Positions 10,132 through 19,097 of a stretch of DNA of 39,828 bases are shown piece after piece. The stretch comes from an uncultured delta proteobacterium. Its GTDB lineage: Bacteria; Desulfobacterota; Binatia; Binatales; Binataceae. The DNA lies in NCBI GenBank assembly GCA_963765675.1, contig CAVXXK010000013.1, positions 1-39,828 of the forward strand, in the 5' to 3' direction. Numbering within the stretch: position 1 is the first letter of the stretch; the number at the start of each line of letters is the position of its first letter. The notes beneath the pieces are model-generated. The model was not told where the DNA came from. It saw only the letters and a list, made by a program, of their open reading frames with translations, and made no database searches. Position numbers and translations under genes: made by a program.

Positions 10132-10152
10132 CGCGAATACCTCGTGCTTGTT

Positions 10153-11349
10153 TTACTGCTGCTCCTCGTCGCTCGGCGGAGGAGGTTTGAGTTGCGAGCG
10201 CTCGCTGCCCGCGGCGATCCATCCCTGGACCTCGCGTCGCTCGCGCTTAAGAAAATCCGCAATCGCCTTGCGCAGGCCCGGATGCGCGACATAGTGCATG
10301 CTGCGCGTCAGCGCAGGGTCGAAGCCGCGCAGCCATTTGTATTCGCCGCCCGCGCCGGGCTCGAAGCGGGTGAGCCCGCGGGCGATCGCATACTCGATTC
10401 CCGCGTAATAACAGACCTCGAAGTGCAGGAAGCGAACGTCGCGGAAGCATCCCCAATAGCGCCCGTAGAGGACGCCCGCCTTCTCGAGGCAGATCGCGCC
10501 CGCGACAATTTTGGCGCCGTCGTAGGCCGCGATAAAGCTCAAGTTTCGCTTGAAGTTTTTGCGCAGGAGACCGAAGAACTCTTCGGTCAGGTACTGCCGC
10601 CCCCAGTAGAGCTTTTCGATCGTTGAGAGATAGACCTGGTACATCACGGGAAAAAGCGCGTCGGGAATTTCGTCGCCATGATGGACCCGAACCGTGATTC
10701 CCGCATCCGCGACCGCGGCGCGTTCGTGGCGGACCGCGCTGCGGCGCTTGTGCTTGAGCCGCGCGAGATAGTCGTCGAAGGTTTTGAAGCCGTTATTTTG
10801 CCAGTGGTACTGGTAGCCCCAGCGCTCGAGGAATCCCGCCTGCGCGAGCGCCGGCGCTTCGTCGTCCACGCAGAAGTTGACGTGTACGGACGAGAGCTTG
10901 TTTTCGTCGCACAGTGTTGCGAGCGCGCCCGCCATGACCCGCGTCATCACGGTGCGATCGGCTCCCGGCGCGGTGAGGAGCCTGCGTCCCGTGTGAGGAG
11001 TGAACGGCACGCCGACCACCAGCTTCGGGTAGTAATGGATTCCCGCGCGTGAGGCCGCGTCGGCCCATCCGTGATCGAACACGAATTCGCCCATGCTGTG
11101 CGATTTGAGATAGAGCGGACACGCCGCGGCGATTCGGCCGCCGCGCTCGCGCATCACGATATGATACGGCGCCCATCCGGACTTGCGCGTCGCGGAGCCC
11201 GAGCGCTCCATATCGGCCAACCAGTCCCATTCGAGAAAGGGAGAATCGTCCGGCGCGAGGATCGCGTCCCATTCGGCGCGAGGAATCTTTTCGATTCCCT
11301 CGACGATCTTGAGTTCGAGGCGTTCTGCCGATTCGTTCGTCGCATCCAC
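10153..11349 (-). CDS. FemAB-like GNAT protein (DUF482/COG3146)
   Basis: [66 protein letters not shown]. Confidence 0.92.
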   Translation of the reverse strand: MDATNESAERLELKIVEGIEKIPRAEWDAILAPDDSPFLEWDWLADMERSGSATRKSGWAPYHIVMRERGGRIAAACPLYLKSHSMGEFVFDHGWADAASRAGIHYYPKLVVGVPFTPHTGRRLLTAPGADRTVMTRVMAGALATLCDENKLSSVHVNFCVDDEAPALAQAGFLERWGYQYHWQNNGFKTFDDYLARLKHKRRSAVRHERAAVADAGITVRVHHGDEIPDALFPVMYQVYLSTIEKLYWGRQYLTEEFFGLLRKNFKRNLSFIAAYDGAKIVAGAICLEKAGVLYGRYWGCFRDVRFLHFEVCYYAGIEYAIARGLTRFEPGAGGEYKWLRGFDPALTRSMHYVAHPGLRKAIADFLKRERREVQGWIAAGSERSQLKPPPPSDEEQQ

Positions 11350-11483
11350 AAGTTTATTCCAGGCGAAAGCGTAACAATCGCGGGACGATTAGCAAACCGC
11401 AATTCCGCAATCGGGCACTCCCTAAGATAGTGGTTAATTTGATATTCTATGAAGTGTGGGAACGGTCCCGCGGTGAACGCAAG

Positions 11484-11882
11484 GTGGATACTAAGCTGCA
11501 ACCGCTACGAATCGCTCAGTATATCGCGCGAGCGCGAGTTGGCGACGACGGCGCGGGCGGCGACGATTCGCGCAATACCGGTGGTGGAACCGTCACCGAG
11601 CGGCGAACCAAGACGCGAGCGAAGACCGCCAAGCCGCCGCTGTACAAGGTGATCCTGCTCAACGACGATTACACGCCGATGGAATTTGTAGTCGAAGTCT
11701 TGAAGGCGGTGTTTCATCGGCCGCACGCTGAAGCCACTCGCATCATGCTGCATGTGCATCAGAACGGTATGGGCGTGGCGGGCGTGTATCCGTTCGAGGT
11801 CGCCGAGACAAAAGTTCGCACGGTCGAGGAACTTGCACGCCAGGCCGAATATCCTCTCAAGTGCGTGATGGAAAAGGAGTAG
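11484..11882 (+). CDS. clpS: ATP-dependent Clp protease adaptor ClpS (start codon uncertain)
   Basis: [41 protein letters not shown]. Confidence 0.96.
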   Translation: MDTKLQPLRIAQYIARARVGDDGAGGDDSRNTGGGTVTERRTKTRAKTAKPPLYKVILLNDDYTPMEFVVEVLKAVFHRPHAEATRIMLHVHQNGMGVAGVYPFEVAETKVRTVEELARQAEYPLKCVMEKE

Positions 11883-11913
11883 GGAGCCGGGCCTGCGACG
11901 GCGTAAAAACCAG

Positions 11914-14256
11914 ATGCCTCCGTCCAATAACATAATGATCAGCCGCGAGCTCCAGGTAACTCTGCAACTCGCGATGACCGAAGCCTCCAACCGCCGCCAC
12001 GAGTATGTCTGCCTGGAGCATCTGCTCTACGCGATGATCCACGATGTCACGGCGAGCAATATCTTGAAGCGCTGCGGCGCAAACCTCGACGCGCTCAAGC
12101 GCAAGCTCGAGCGCTATCTGAACGATCAGGTCGAGCCGATGCCGCCGGGCGAGAATGCTGCCCCGCGCTACGCGCTCGGCGTGCAGCGCGCCCTGCAGCG
12201 CGCGGCGGTGCATACGCAATCGGCGGGACGCAACGAGATCAACGGCGCGAGCGTGCTGGTCGCGATGTTCCAGGAGGCGGAATCGCCGGCGCTGTTCTTC
12301 CTGCAGGAGCAGGGCGTCACGCGCTTCGACGTGATCAATTTCATCTCGCATGGAGTTTCCAAAGTCGGCGAAGACGAGTTGCGCGACGCGGGCGGCGTCG
12401 ATGAAGAAGCCGAAGATGACGACGAGGCGCACGGCGAAGGCGAGGGCGACGAAGAGGGCGAGCGCAAACTCTCGCCGTCCAAGGCGCTGCTGACCTACGC
12501 GGTCAATCTGACCGAGCGCGCCGCGGCGGGAAAGATCGATCCGCTGGTCGGGCGCAAAAACGAGCTCGAGCGCGCGATTCACGTGCTGCTGCGCCGGCGC
12601 AAAAACAATCCCGTGTTCGTCGGCGAGGCTGGTGTCGGCAAGACCGCTCTAGCAGAAGGCTTGGCGCTCGCGATTCATCACGGAGAGGTGCCGCAGGCGC
12701 TAAAGGGCGTCGAGCTCTACGGACTCGACATGGGCGCGCTGCTTGCGGGCACGCGGTTTCGTGGCGACTTCGAGCAGCGGCTCAAGGCCGTCATCAAGGC
12801 GGTCGCGGGAAATCCCAAGCGCGTGCTGTTTATCGACGAGATTCACACGATCGTCGGTGCGGGAGCGGCCTCGGGTTCGACGATGGACGCGTCGAATCTG
12901 CTCAAGCCGGCGCTCGCTTCGGGCGAGCTTCGATGCATCGGATCGACGACCTACCAGGAGTACAAGCGCTCGTTCGATCGCGACAAGGCGCTTGCGCGGC
13001 GCTTCCAGCGTATCGACGTGCTCGAGCCCACGCAGGAAGAGGCGATCCAGATTCTCGAGGGGCTCAAGTCCTACTACGAAAAGCATCACAACGTGCGCTA
13101 CACCGGACCCGCGATCAGATTGGCGGTCGAGCTCAGTAGCCGTTACATCAACGATCGCTTCCTGCCCGACAAGGCAATCGACGTGATGGACGAAGCCGGC
13201 GTCGCGGGCCATCTGCGCGGCAAGGGCGCGCCCGAGCCGGTGACGGTGGGCGTGCGCGACGTCGAGCGGACCATCGCGCGGATGGCGAAAATTCCGGAGC
13301 GCACCGTCTCTGCGACCGACCGCACGCGTTTGCAGAGCTTGGGCGAAGAGCTGAAGCAGGCGGTGTTCGGGCAGGACGCCGCGATCGACGCGGTTGCGCG
13401 TGCGATCAAGCTCGCGCGCTCGGGGCTCAGTCATCCCGATCGTCCGGTCGGCGCGTTTTTGTTCGCCGGACCGACGGGCGTCGGCAAGACTGAAGTTGCG
13501 CGGCAGCTCGCAAAGGTGATGGGAGTTGAGTTTCTGCGCTTCGACATGTCGGAGTACATGGAGCGGCACACGGTCTCGCGACTGATTGGCGCGCCCCCGG
13601 GATATGTCGGATTCGATCAGGGCGGTTTGCTGACCGATTCGATCAACAAGACGCCGCATTGCGTGTTGCTGCTCGACGAAATCGAAAAAGCGCATCCTGA
13701 CCTGTTCAACATTCTTTTGCAGGTGATGGATCACGCGACGCTGACCGACAACAACGGCCGCAAGGCGGATTTCCGCAACGTGATCCTGGTGATGACGACC
13801 AACGCGGGCGCGCAGGAGCTCGCGCGCGGGACGATCGGCTTTCACGGCGGCGTCGGGATGGGCAATCCGAAGTCGGTGCTCGAGCGGATGTTCAGCCCGG
13901 AGTTCCGCAACCGGCTTTCCGCGACGATCGAATTTGCGCCGCTCTCTCCGCCGATTATCGAGCAGGTGGTCGAGAAGTTCCTCGGCGAGCTGCAGGATCG
14001 GCTGGACAAACAGAAGGTCGTGCTCGATACGACGGCGGCCGCGAAAAAGTGGCTCGCAGAACGCGGCTACGACCCGCGCTTCGGCGCGCGCCCGCTCGGT
14101 CGGCTGATCGAGAACGAGATCGCGCGCGTGCTGGCCGACGACGTGTTATTCGGCAAGCTAACCAAGGGCGGCAAAGTAACCGTCGATGTGATCGACGACA
14201 AGCTGACCTTCGAGTACAGCGACCTGCCGATCAAACATCCCGCCCCGGTCGGGTAG
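11914..14256 (+). CDS. clpA: ATP-dependent Clp protease ATP-binding subunit ClpA
   Basis: N-domain RRHEY..EHLL, two AAA+ modules (GEAGVGKT, GPTGVGKT), DMSEYMERHTVSRLIG, IGF loop, no ClpB middle domain; follows clpS. Confidence 0.97.
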   Translation: MPPSNNIMISRELQVTLQLAMTEASNRRHEYVCLEHLLYAMIHDVTASNILKRCGANLDALKRKLERYLNDQVEPMPPGENAAPRYALGVQRALQRAAVHTQSAGRNEINGASVLVAMFQEAESPALFFLQEQGVTRFDVINFISHGVSKVGEDELRDAGGVDEEAEDDDEAHGEGEGDEEGERKLSPSKALLTYAVNLTERAAAGKIDPLVGRKNELERAIHVLLRRRKNNPVFVGEAGVGKTALAEGLALAIHHGEVPQALKGVELYGLDMGALLAGTRFRGDFEQRLKAVIKAVAGNPKRVLFIDEIHTIVGAGAASGSTMDASNLLKPALASGELRCIGSTTYQEYKRSFDRDKALARRFQRIDVLEPTQEEAIQILEGLKSYYEKHHNVRYTGPAIRLAVELSSRYINDRFLPDKAIDVMDEAGVAGHLRGKGAPEPVTVGVRDVERTIARMAKIPERTVSATDRTRLQSLGEELKQAVFGQDAAIDAVARAIKLARSGLSHPDRPVGAFLFAGPTGVGKTEVARQLAKVMGVEFLRFDMSEYMERHTVSRLIGAPPGYVGFDQGGLLTDSINKTPHCVLLLDEIEKAHPDLFNILLQVMDHATLTDNNGRKADFRNVILVMTTNAGAQELARGTIGFHGGVGMGNPKSVLERMFSPEFRNRLSATIEFAPLSPPIIEQVVEKFLGELQDRLDKQKVVLDTTAAAKKWLAERGYDPRFGARPLGRLIENEIARVLADDVLFGKLTKGGKVTVDVIDDKLTFEYSDLPIKHPAPVG

Positions 14257-14276
14257 GGGACGCGCCCGTCTGCGAT

Positions 14277-15901
14277 CTACTTCACGTTATCGGCGCGCGC
14301 GTCTCTGCCGATTATCGTTGGATGCAGCCATTCGGGGCCGCCGAGTTCCGGATGATCGATATTGTAGTGCAGGCCGCGTGATTCGTCGCGCGCCATCGCG
14401 GAGCGCACGATCAGCTCCGCGATCGTGACCAGGTTTCGCAGCTCGATCAGATCGGAATCGATAATGTGATCCCAGTAGTAGCTGTGAATCTCTTCTTTCA
14501 ATAACTCGATTCGGCGCAGCGCGCGTTCCAGGCGGCGGTCGCTGCGCACAATCCCGACGTAGTTCCACATCAGACGCCGAATCTCGTCCCAGCTCTGCGT
14601 GATCAGCACGCGCTCCTCGCTGCGGATCGCGCGGCCGGGATCCCATTCGGGAAATTCCGGCGGCACTCCGCCCGCGCTCTCGAGCATCCGCCGTGCGGCG
14701 ACGGCAGCGCGACGGCCCATCACCGCAGCTTCGAGCAGCGAGTTCGAGGCGAGCCGATTCGCGCCGTGCAGACCGGTCATCGCGACTTCGCCCGCGGCGT
14801 AGAGGCGCGGAATCGCGGTCGCGGCTTCGAGGTCGGTCATCACGCCGCCGCACATATAATGCGCGGCCGGTACTACCGGGATCGGTTCCTTGGTGAGATC
14901 AAATCCGTAGCTGAGACATCGTTGATAGATGTTCGGAAAACGCTCGCGGATGTAACCCGGCGTCGCGATGGCTCAGATCCAGGTAAACGCAATCGAGGCC
15001 GTGGCGCTTCATCTCGGAATCGATCGCGCGGGCGACGATATCGCGCGGCGCCAGCTCCGCGTCGGCGGCGTAGCTCTTCATGAACGGCGTGCCGTCGGGG
15101 AGCTTCAGGATCGCACCCTCGCCGCGCAGCGCCTCCGAAATGAGGAACGATTTGGCGGCAGGATGGAACAGGCAGGTCGGATGAAACTGGTAGAACTCGA
15201 GGTTCGCGACCGGCGCGCCCGCGCGATAAGCCATCGCAACGCCGTCGCCTGACGCGATATCGGGATTAGTCGTGTACAGATAGACCTTGCCCGCGCCGCC
15301 GGTGGCGAGCAGCGTTGCGCGCGCGAGAATTTTCCTGAATCGTGCCGGTGGTCCTGTCGTACGCGTACACGCCCCAGCATGATCCGGGGCGCCCGCCCGA
15401 GGGGCTCTCGACCAGCAGGTTGATCGCGACGTGATTCTCGAGCGTGCGGATATTGGCGCGCGCACGCGCGGCCTCGGTCAGCGCACGCATGATCTCCTGC
15501 CCGGTCAGGTCTTTCGCGTGCAGGACCCGGCGATGGCTGTGGCCGCCCTCGCGTCCGAGATCGTATTCGTCTTCGCCGCCATGCTCGATTCGAGTAAAGC
15601 GCGTGCCGAAGCGGATCAGATCGCGCACCACCTCGGGACCGTCGCGCACGATACTTTCGACCGCGACCGGATCGCACAGCCCGGCGCCCGCGCGCAGGGT
15701 GTCGGCGACGTGCGACTCGAAGGAGTCATCGACGCTCCACACGCTGGCGATTCCGCCTTGCGCGTAATTGGTATTGGCTTCGGTGCTGCCGGCCTTGGTC
15801 AAAACGGTGACCGAGCCGGATTCGGAGGCGGCAAGCGCGAACATCAGGCCCGCGATTCCGCCGCCGATTACGAGATAGTCGGTGCTGAACTGACGTTGCA
15901 T
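14277..15901 (-). CDS. nadB: L-aspartate oxidase (two +1 frameshifts, near 15337 and 14957)
   Basis: [79 protein letters not shown]. Confidence 0.94.
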
Positions 15902-16076
15902 CAGGGGTGCTATGCTGCGCGGCCAAAGCCGCGCGCGTTACGAGCGTATGATGCGACGCTACGTTATGGGCGCTTTGGCAGTCAATACGGTTTCCGATAA
16001 AGCGAATTGCTCCGGTTTGAGGATTGCCATATCCTCAAAATAGAAGCCTCGCTTAGCGCAGGCCGCGGGCCAAGCC

Positions 16077-16664
16077 GTGGAACTCACGACTCCCAATCTG
16101 CTGACGCTGTTTCGAATTGCGACCGTTCCGGTCCTGGTGTGGTTGTTGACCTACACCGGGCCGATACCGTCGGCGATCGCCGCGGGAGTGTTCTTTCTCG
16201 CAACCCTCTCGGATTTTTTCGACGGCTACCTGGCGCGCAGTTATAACTCGGTCACCGCGCTCGGAAAATTTCTCGATCCGATGGCCGACAAGCTGGTCGT
16301 GGCCGCGGTGCTGATCATGCTGTGCGCGATGCCGCGGATACCGCACGTGCCGGGATGGATCGTCGCGGTGCTGGTGGGGCGCGAATTCGCGGTGACGGGA
16401 CTGCGCGCGGTCGCAGCGGTTGAAGGGATGGTGCTGGCGGCGGAGGAGCTCGGGAAATACAAGATGTCGCTGCAGGCGATCGCGATTCACGGCTTGCTGA
16501 TCAACTACACGTATTTTCACGTGGACTGTTTCGCGTTCGGGATGTTCGTGCTGTGGATCTCACTGGTGGTGAGCCTGTGGTCGGGCGTGGATTACTACCT
16601 CAAGGTTTTCCATGCGCTGCGGCCACGCGTGATCGCGGCGATGTCGAAGCGAGCGGCGGGTTGA
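16077..16664 (+). CDS. pgsA: CDP-diacylglycerol--glycerol-3-phosphate 3-phosphatidyltransferase
   Basis: PNLLTLFR, SDFFDGYLAR..GKFLDPMADKL, GREFAVTGLR, GKYK; followed by tRNA-Gly. Confidence 0.96.
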   Translation: MELTTPNLLTLFRIATVPVLVWLLTYTGPIPSAIAAGVFFLATLSDFFDGYLARSYNSVTALGKFLDPMADKLVVAAVLIMLCAMPRIPHVPGWIVAVLVGREFAVTGLRAVAAVEGMVLAAEELGKYKMSLQAIAIHGLLINYTYFHVDCFAFGMFVLWISLVVSLWSGVDYYLKVFHALRPRVIAAMSKRAAG

Positions 16665-16700
16665 TTGACACGGCGCGCCGCGCCCGATAAACGAATAAAT
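16665..16700 (+). promoter_or_regulatory. Putative promoter for tRNA-Gly
   Basis: Perfect TTGACA at 16665-16670 followed by an A/T-rich -10 region; the -10 match is imperfect. Confidence 0.35.
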
Positions 16701-16722
16701 CCGGCCTTCGATAAAACGGCGA

Positions 16723-16798
16723 GCGGGTGTAGCTCAGTTGGTAGAGCGTGTGCTTGCCAAGCACAAGGTCGTCGGTTCGAAACCGATCACCCGCTCCA
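16723..16798 (+). tRNA. tRNA-Gly(GCC), CCA encoded
   Basis: GCGGGTG/CACCCGC acceptor stem, TGTGC-TTGCCAA-GCACA anticodon arm, TTCGAAA T-loop, TCCA end. Confidence 0.97.
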
Positions 16799-17190
16799 TT
16801 CTTTCGTTTGTGAATCCCGGCAGTTAGCGGCGAGAGGCGACAGTCGCGACGATCGCGAAGGTATACCATCACCCAAATTCGGCGGCTGCGAACGCGACCG
16901 ATTGACCTCAGTCCCTCGCTACCAAGCGCGCTAGGCACTTGCCGCGGCCGGCCTTTTTCAACTTTTCCGAAGCGCTCGAATTCGAGGCGATATTCATCGC
17001 GTCCGCCGTTATGGAATGGACGGCGCGCGCGTTTGGTTTCTGTTCCGAATAAACCCGAAAGGTTCGCTGAGTCTCCGGCGGCTCATGCCGGCGCGTGCGC
17101 TGGAGAACTCGAAGGCAGAGAAGTACAAGTGGGGCTAGAACACAGCCGCGCGGAGAGCCACAGCTCAGGCGATGAAGCGAGCGCACGCGA

Positions 17191-17370
17191 TTATTTGGTG
17201 TCTTGTACTTCTTCTATTTTGCAGCCGCTCGGAAACCGTCCGTCTCTATGTGCCGTCCATCCACAGACTCCCAGTTTGGCCTCTGCGAGAGGCGTGATCT
17301 TGCCGCCAACATGCTCCAGGATTGAGAATCCGCAATTAGGGCAGGTCCTTTTTGTTGCTTTTTTATCCAT
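17191..17370 (-). CDS. Small 59-aa Cys-containing hypothetical protein (not in the ORF track)
   Basis: Manual translation MDKKATKRTCPNCGFSILEHVGGKITPLAEAKLGVCGWTAHRDGRFPSGCKIEEVQDTK; AGGTGAGG Shine-Dalgarno-like site upstream. Confidence 0.5.
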   Translation of the reverse strand: MDKKATKRTCPNCGFSILEHVGGKITPLAEAKLGVCGWTAHRDGRFPSGCKIEEVQDTK

Positions 17371-17540
17371 TTTGACTAAACCTCACCTTTTGTCTACGCG
17401 TGCCTGGAACCACCACCTCGGCAGAGAATCGAAAACCTTCGTTTTCCCGAGCTATACCGATTGGGTCTGTGGGTTCTTGTCCGTCTGATATCTCCCGCCT
17501 TGTACCGACCCTTCGATAGAGGAGCGAGATACATACATCG

Positions 17541-17816
17541 TCACAAATTCGAGAGACGTTCTCGCTGTTGTATTGCGTCTGCGAATTTGGCGTCCTCGAT
17601 AGCCTGAAACAATCTGATGGCATCGAGATTTTCTTCGCGGCCGTTCGGCCAATCATCGCTTTTCGGATTGTGACGTCTAATCAAATCATTAGCGACGATT
17701 GCGACTTCCATCATCAAATACTCCAGCGGATTAAATCGGCCTAATCCAAAGGTGCCATCCTCATTCATGCGTTCCGGATCGCCTTTTCGCGCCGGGCGCT
17801 GCATTGACTCTGTCAT
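17541..17816 (-). CDS. Hypothetical protein (91 aa)
   Basis: ATG preceded by GAGGGAG; balanced globular composition unlike the Arg/Ala-rich shadow ORFs. Confidence 0.5.
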   Translation of the reverse strand: MTESMQRPARKGDPERMNEDGTFGLGRFNPLEYLMMEVAIVANDLIRRHNPKSDDWPNGREENLDAIRLFQAIEDAKFADAIQQRERLSNL

Positions 17817-18115
17817 ATTCTTTCACTCCCTCGATGCGCCGTGGTCGAAGCAAACGGGAACGTTTCCGTCGCGAAAACCCCGCGCGAGATTTTCGCACCC
17901 TTTCTGGGAGCACAGGGCCGCCAGAGGTGATTGGGCGGAACCCGTTCAAATTCGATCTCGTCATTCTCCGACGCAACACGATAGATCTTGCAAATCCACA
18001 AGACTACGAACTCTTTGATGCTTACCGTGGAATCTGGCGCGCGTTGGCGTCGGCGCTCCGCGTGATGCAGGAAATTATCATCCATGAAATCACGGAGTTC
18101 GAAACTACAAATTGA
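17804..18115 (+). pseudogene. Possible truncated foreign gene remnant
   Basis: The 3' half (NPFKFDLVILRRNTIDLANPQDYELFDAYRGIW..) looks protein-like and AT-richer; the 5' half does not, and there is no clear start or RBS. Confidence 0.3.
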
Positions 18116-18133
18116 CGTGGCCCGGATCGTCGC

Positions 18134-19024
18134 TTAGCGCGGCGCTTTGCGGCGCGAGGGTTTCGAGGCCTCGGCGGAGTTGCGGCGGCTGATCGTTCTT
18201 GCTGTGTAGGTGCTTGCGGCAGCTCGCGATTCTTCGTCGGCGAGTGCTGCGATCAGCGAGTCGCCGTCGGCGAAGGCTGTTGCTCCTGTTGCGCGCGATA
18301 CGGCGTTGACGTGCTCTTTCGTGATCACTATCGGCACCGACGGCTTGGCGATCAGTTCGGCTGCGAGTTGATTTACTTCGCGCTCGAGGTCCGCGGCGGG
18401 AACTACTCGATTTACAAATCCGATCGCCTTGGCTTCGGCGGGGGCGAAGCGTCTGCACGTCATCACCAGTTCCTTGGTCAGCGCGGGTCCGATATCGCGG
18501 ACGAGGCGAGGGATCGCGCCCCAGGTCAGCGGGATGCCGAGATCGATTTCGGGAATAAAGAACGATGCGTCGTCGGCGGCTACGCGCAGGTCGCACGCGG
18601 AGATGAAGACGACGCCGCCACCGACCGCATAGCCGTGCACTTGCGCGATCGTCACGGCGCGCATCTGCTCCAGGGCGTCGGCTGCGCGCAGGCCGTACTG
18701 TCCGGCTTCGCGACGGTAGATCCAACTGTGGCGCGCTTGCGGCATCGCCGCGGCGGCCGGTGAATTCTGCAGGTCGGCGCCGGCGCAGAAAGCGCGGCCC
18801 GCGCCGCTCAGGATGACGACGCGCAGTTCGCGATGGCTGTCGAACCACCGCGCCGCTTCGACGATCTCTTGCAGCATCGTCGTGCTGATCGCGTTGAGCC
18901 GTTCGGGGCGATTGAGGAGCAGGCGGCCGAGCGCGCCTTCCACCTCCACTTTGATCGTCTCGAAGGAGCGGGAATCTTTCTCGCTCGAATTGGTCTGGTC
19001 AGATTTGCTTCGCCGCTCAGGCAT
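18134..19024 (-). CDS. Enoyl-CoA hydratase/isomerase (crotonase) family protein
   Basis: LNRPERLNAI, GRAFCAGADL, VHGYAVGGG, CDLRVA, PEIDLGI, GFVNRVVP. Confidence 0.93.
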   Translation of the reverse strand: MPERRSKSDQTNSSEKDSRSFETIKVEVEGALGRLLLNRPERLNAISTTMLQEIVEAARWFDSHRELRVVILSGAGRAFCAGADLQNSPAAAAMPQARHSWIYRREAGQYGLRAADALEQMRAVTIAQVHGYAVGGGVVFISACDLRVAADDASFFIPEIDLGIPLTWGAIPRLVRDIGPALTKELVMTCRRFAPAEAKAIGFVNRVVPAADLEREVNQLAAELIAKPSVPIVITKEHVNAVSRATGATAFADGDSLIAALADEESRAAASTYTARTISRRNSAEASKPSRRKAPR

Positions 19025-19097
19025 CGCCGGATCCTCCGTGTCGCGCTTTTCTATACTCCATCAGGACGGCGCAGACATAGAAGTTCGCCTGGACACG

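Noticed and set aside
16799-18115. Retron, toxin-antitoxin or intact prophage at tRNA-Gly
   Set aside because: No reverse transcriptase, integrase, recognisable toxin fold or att duplication could be identified.
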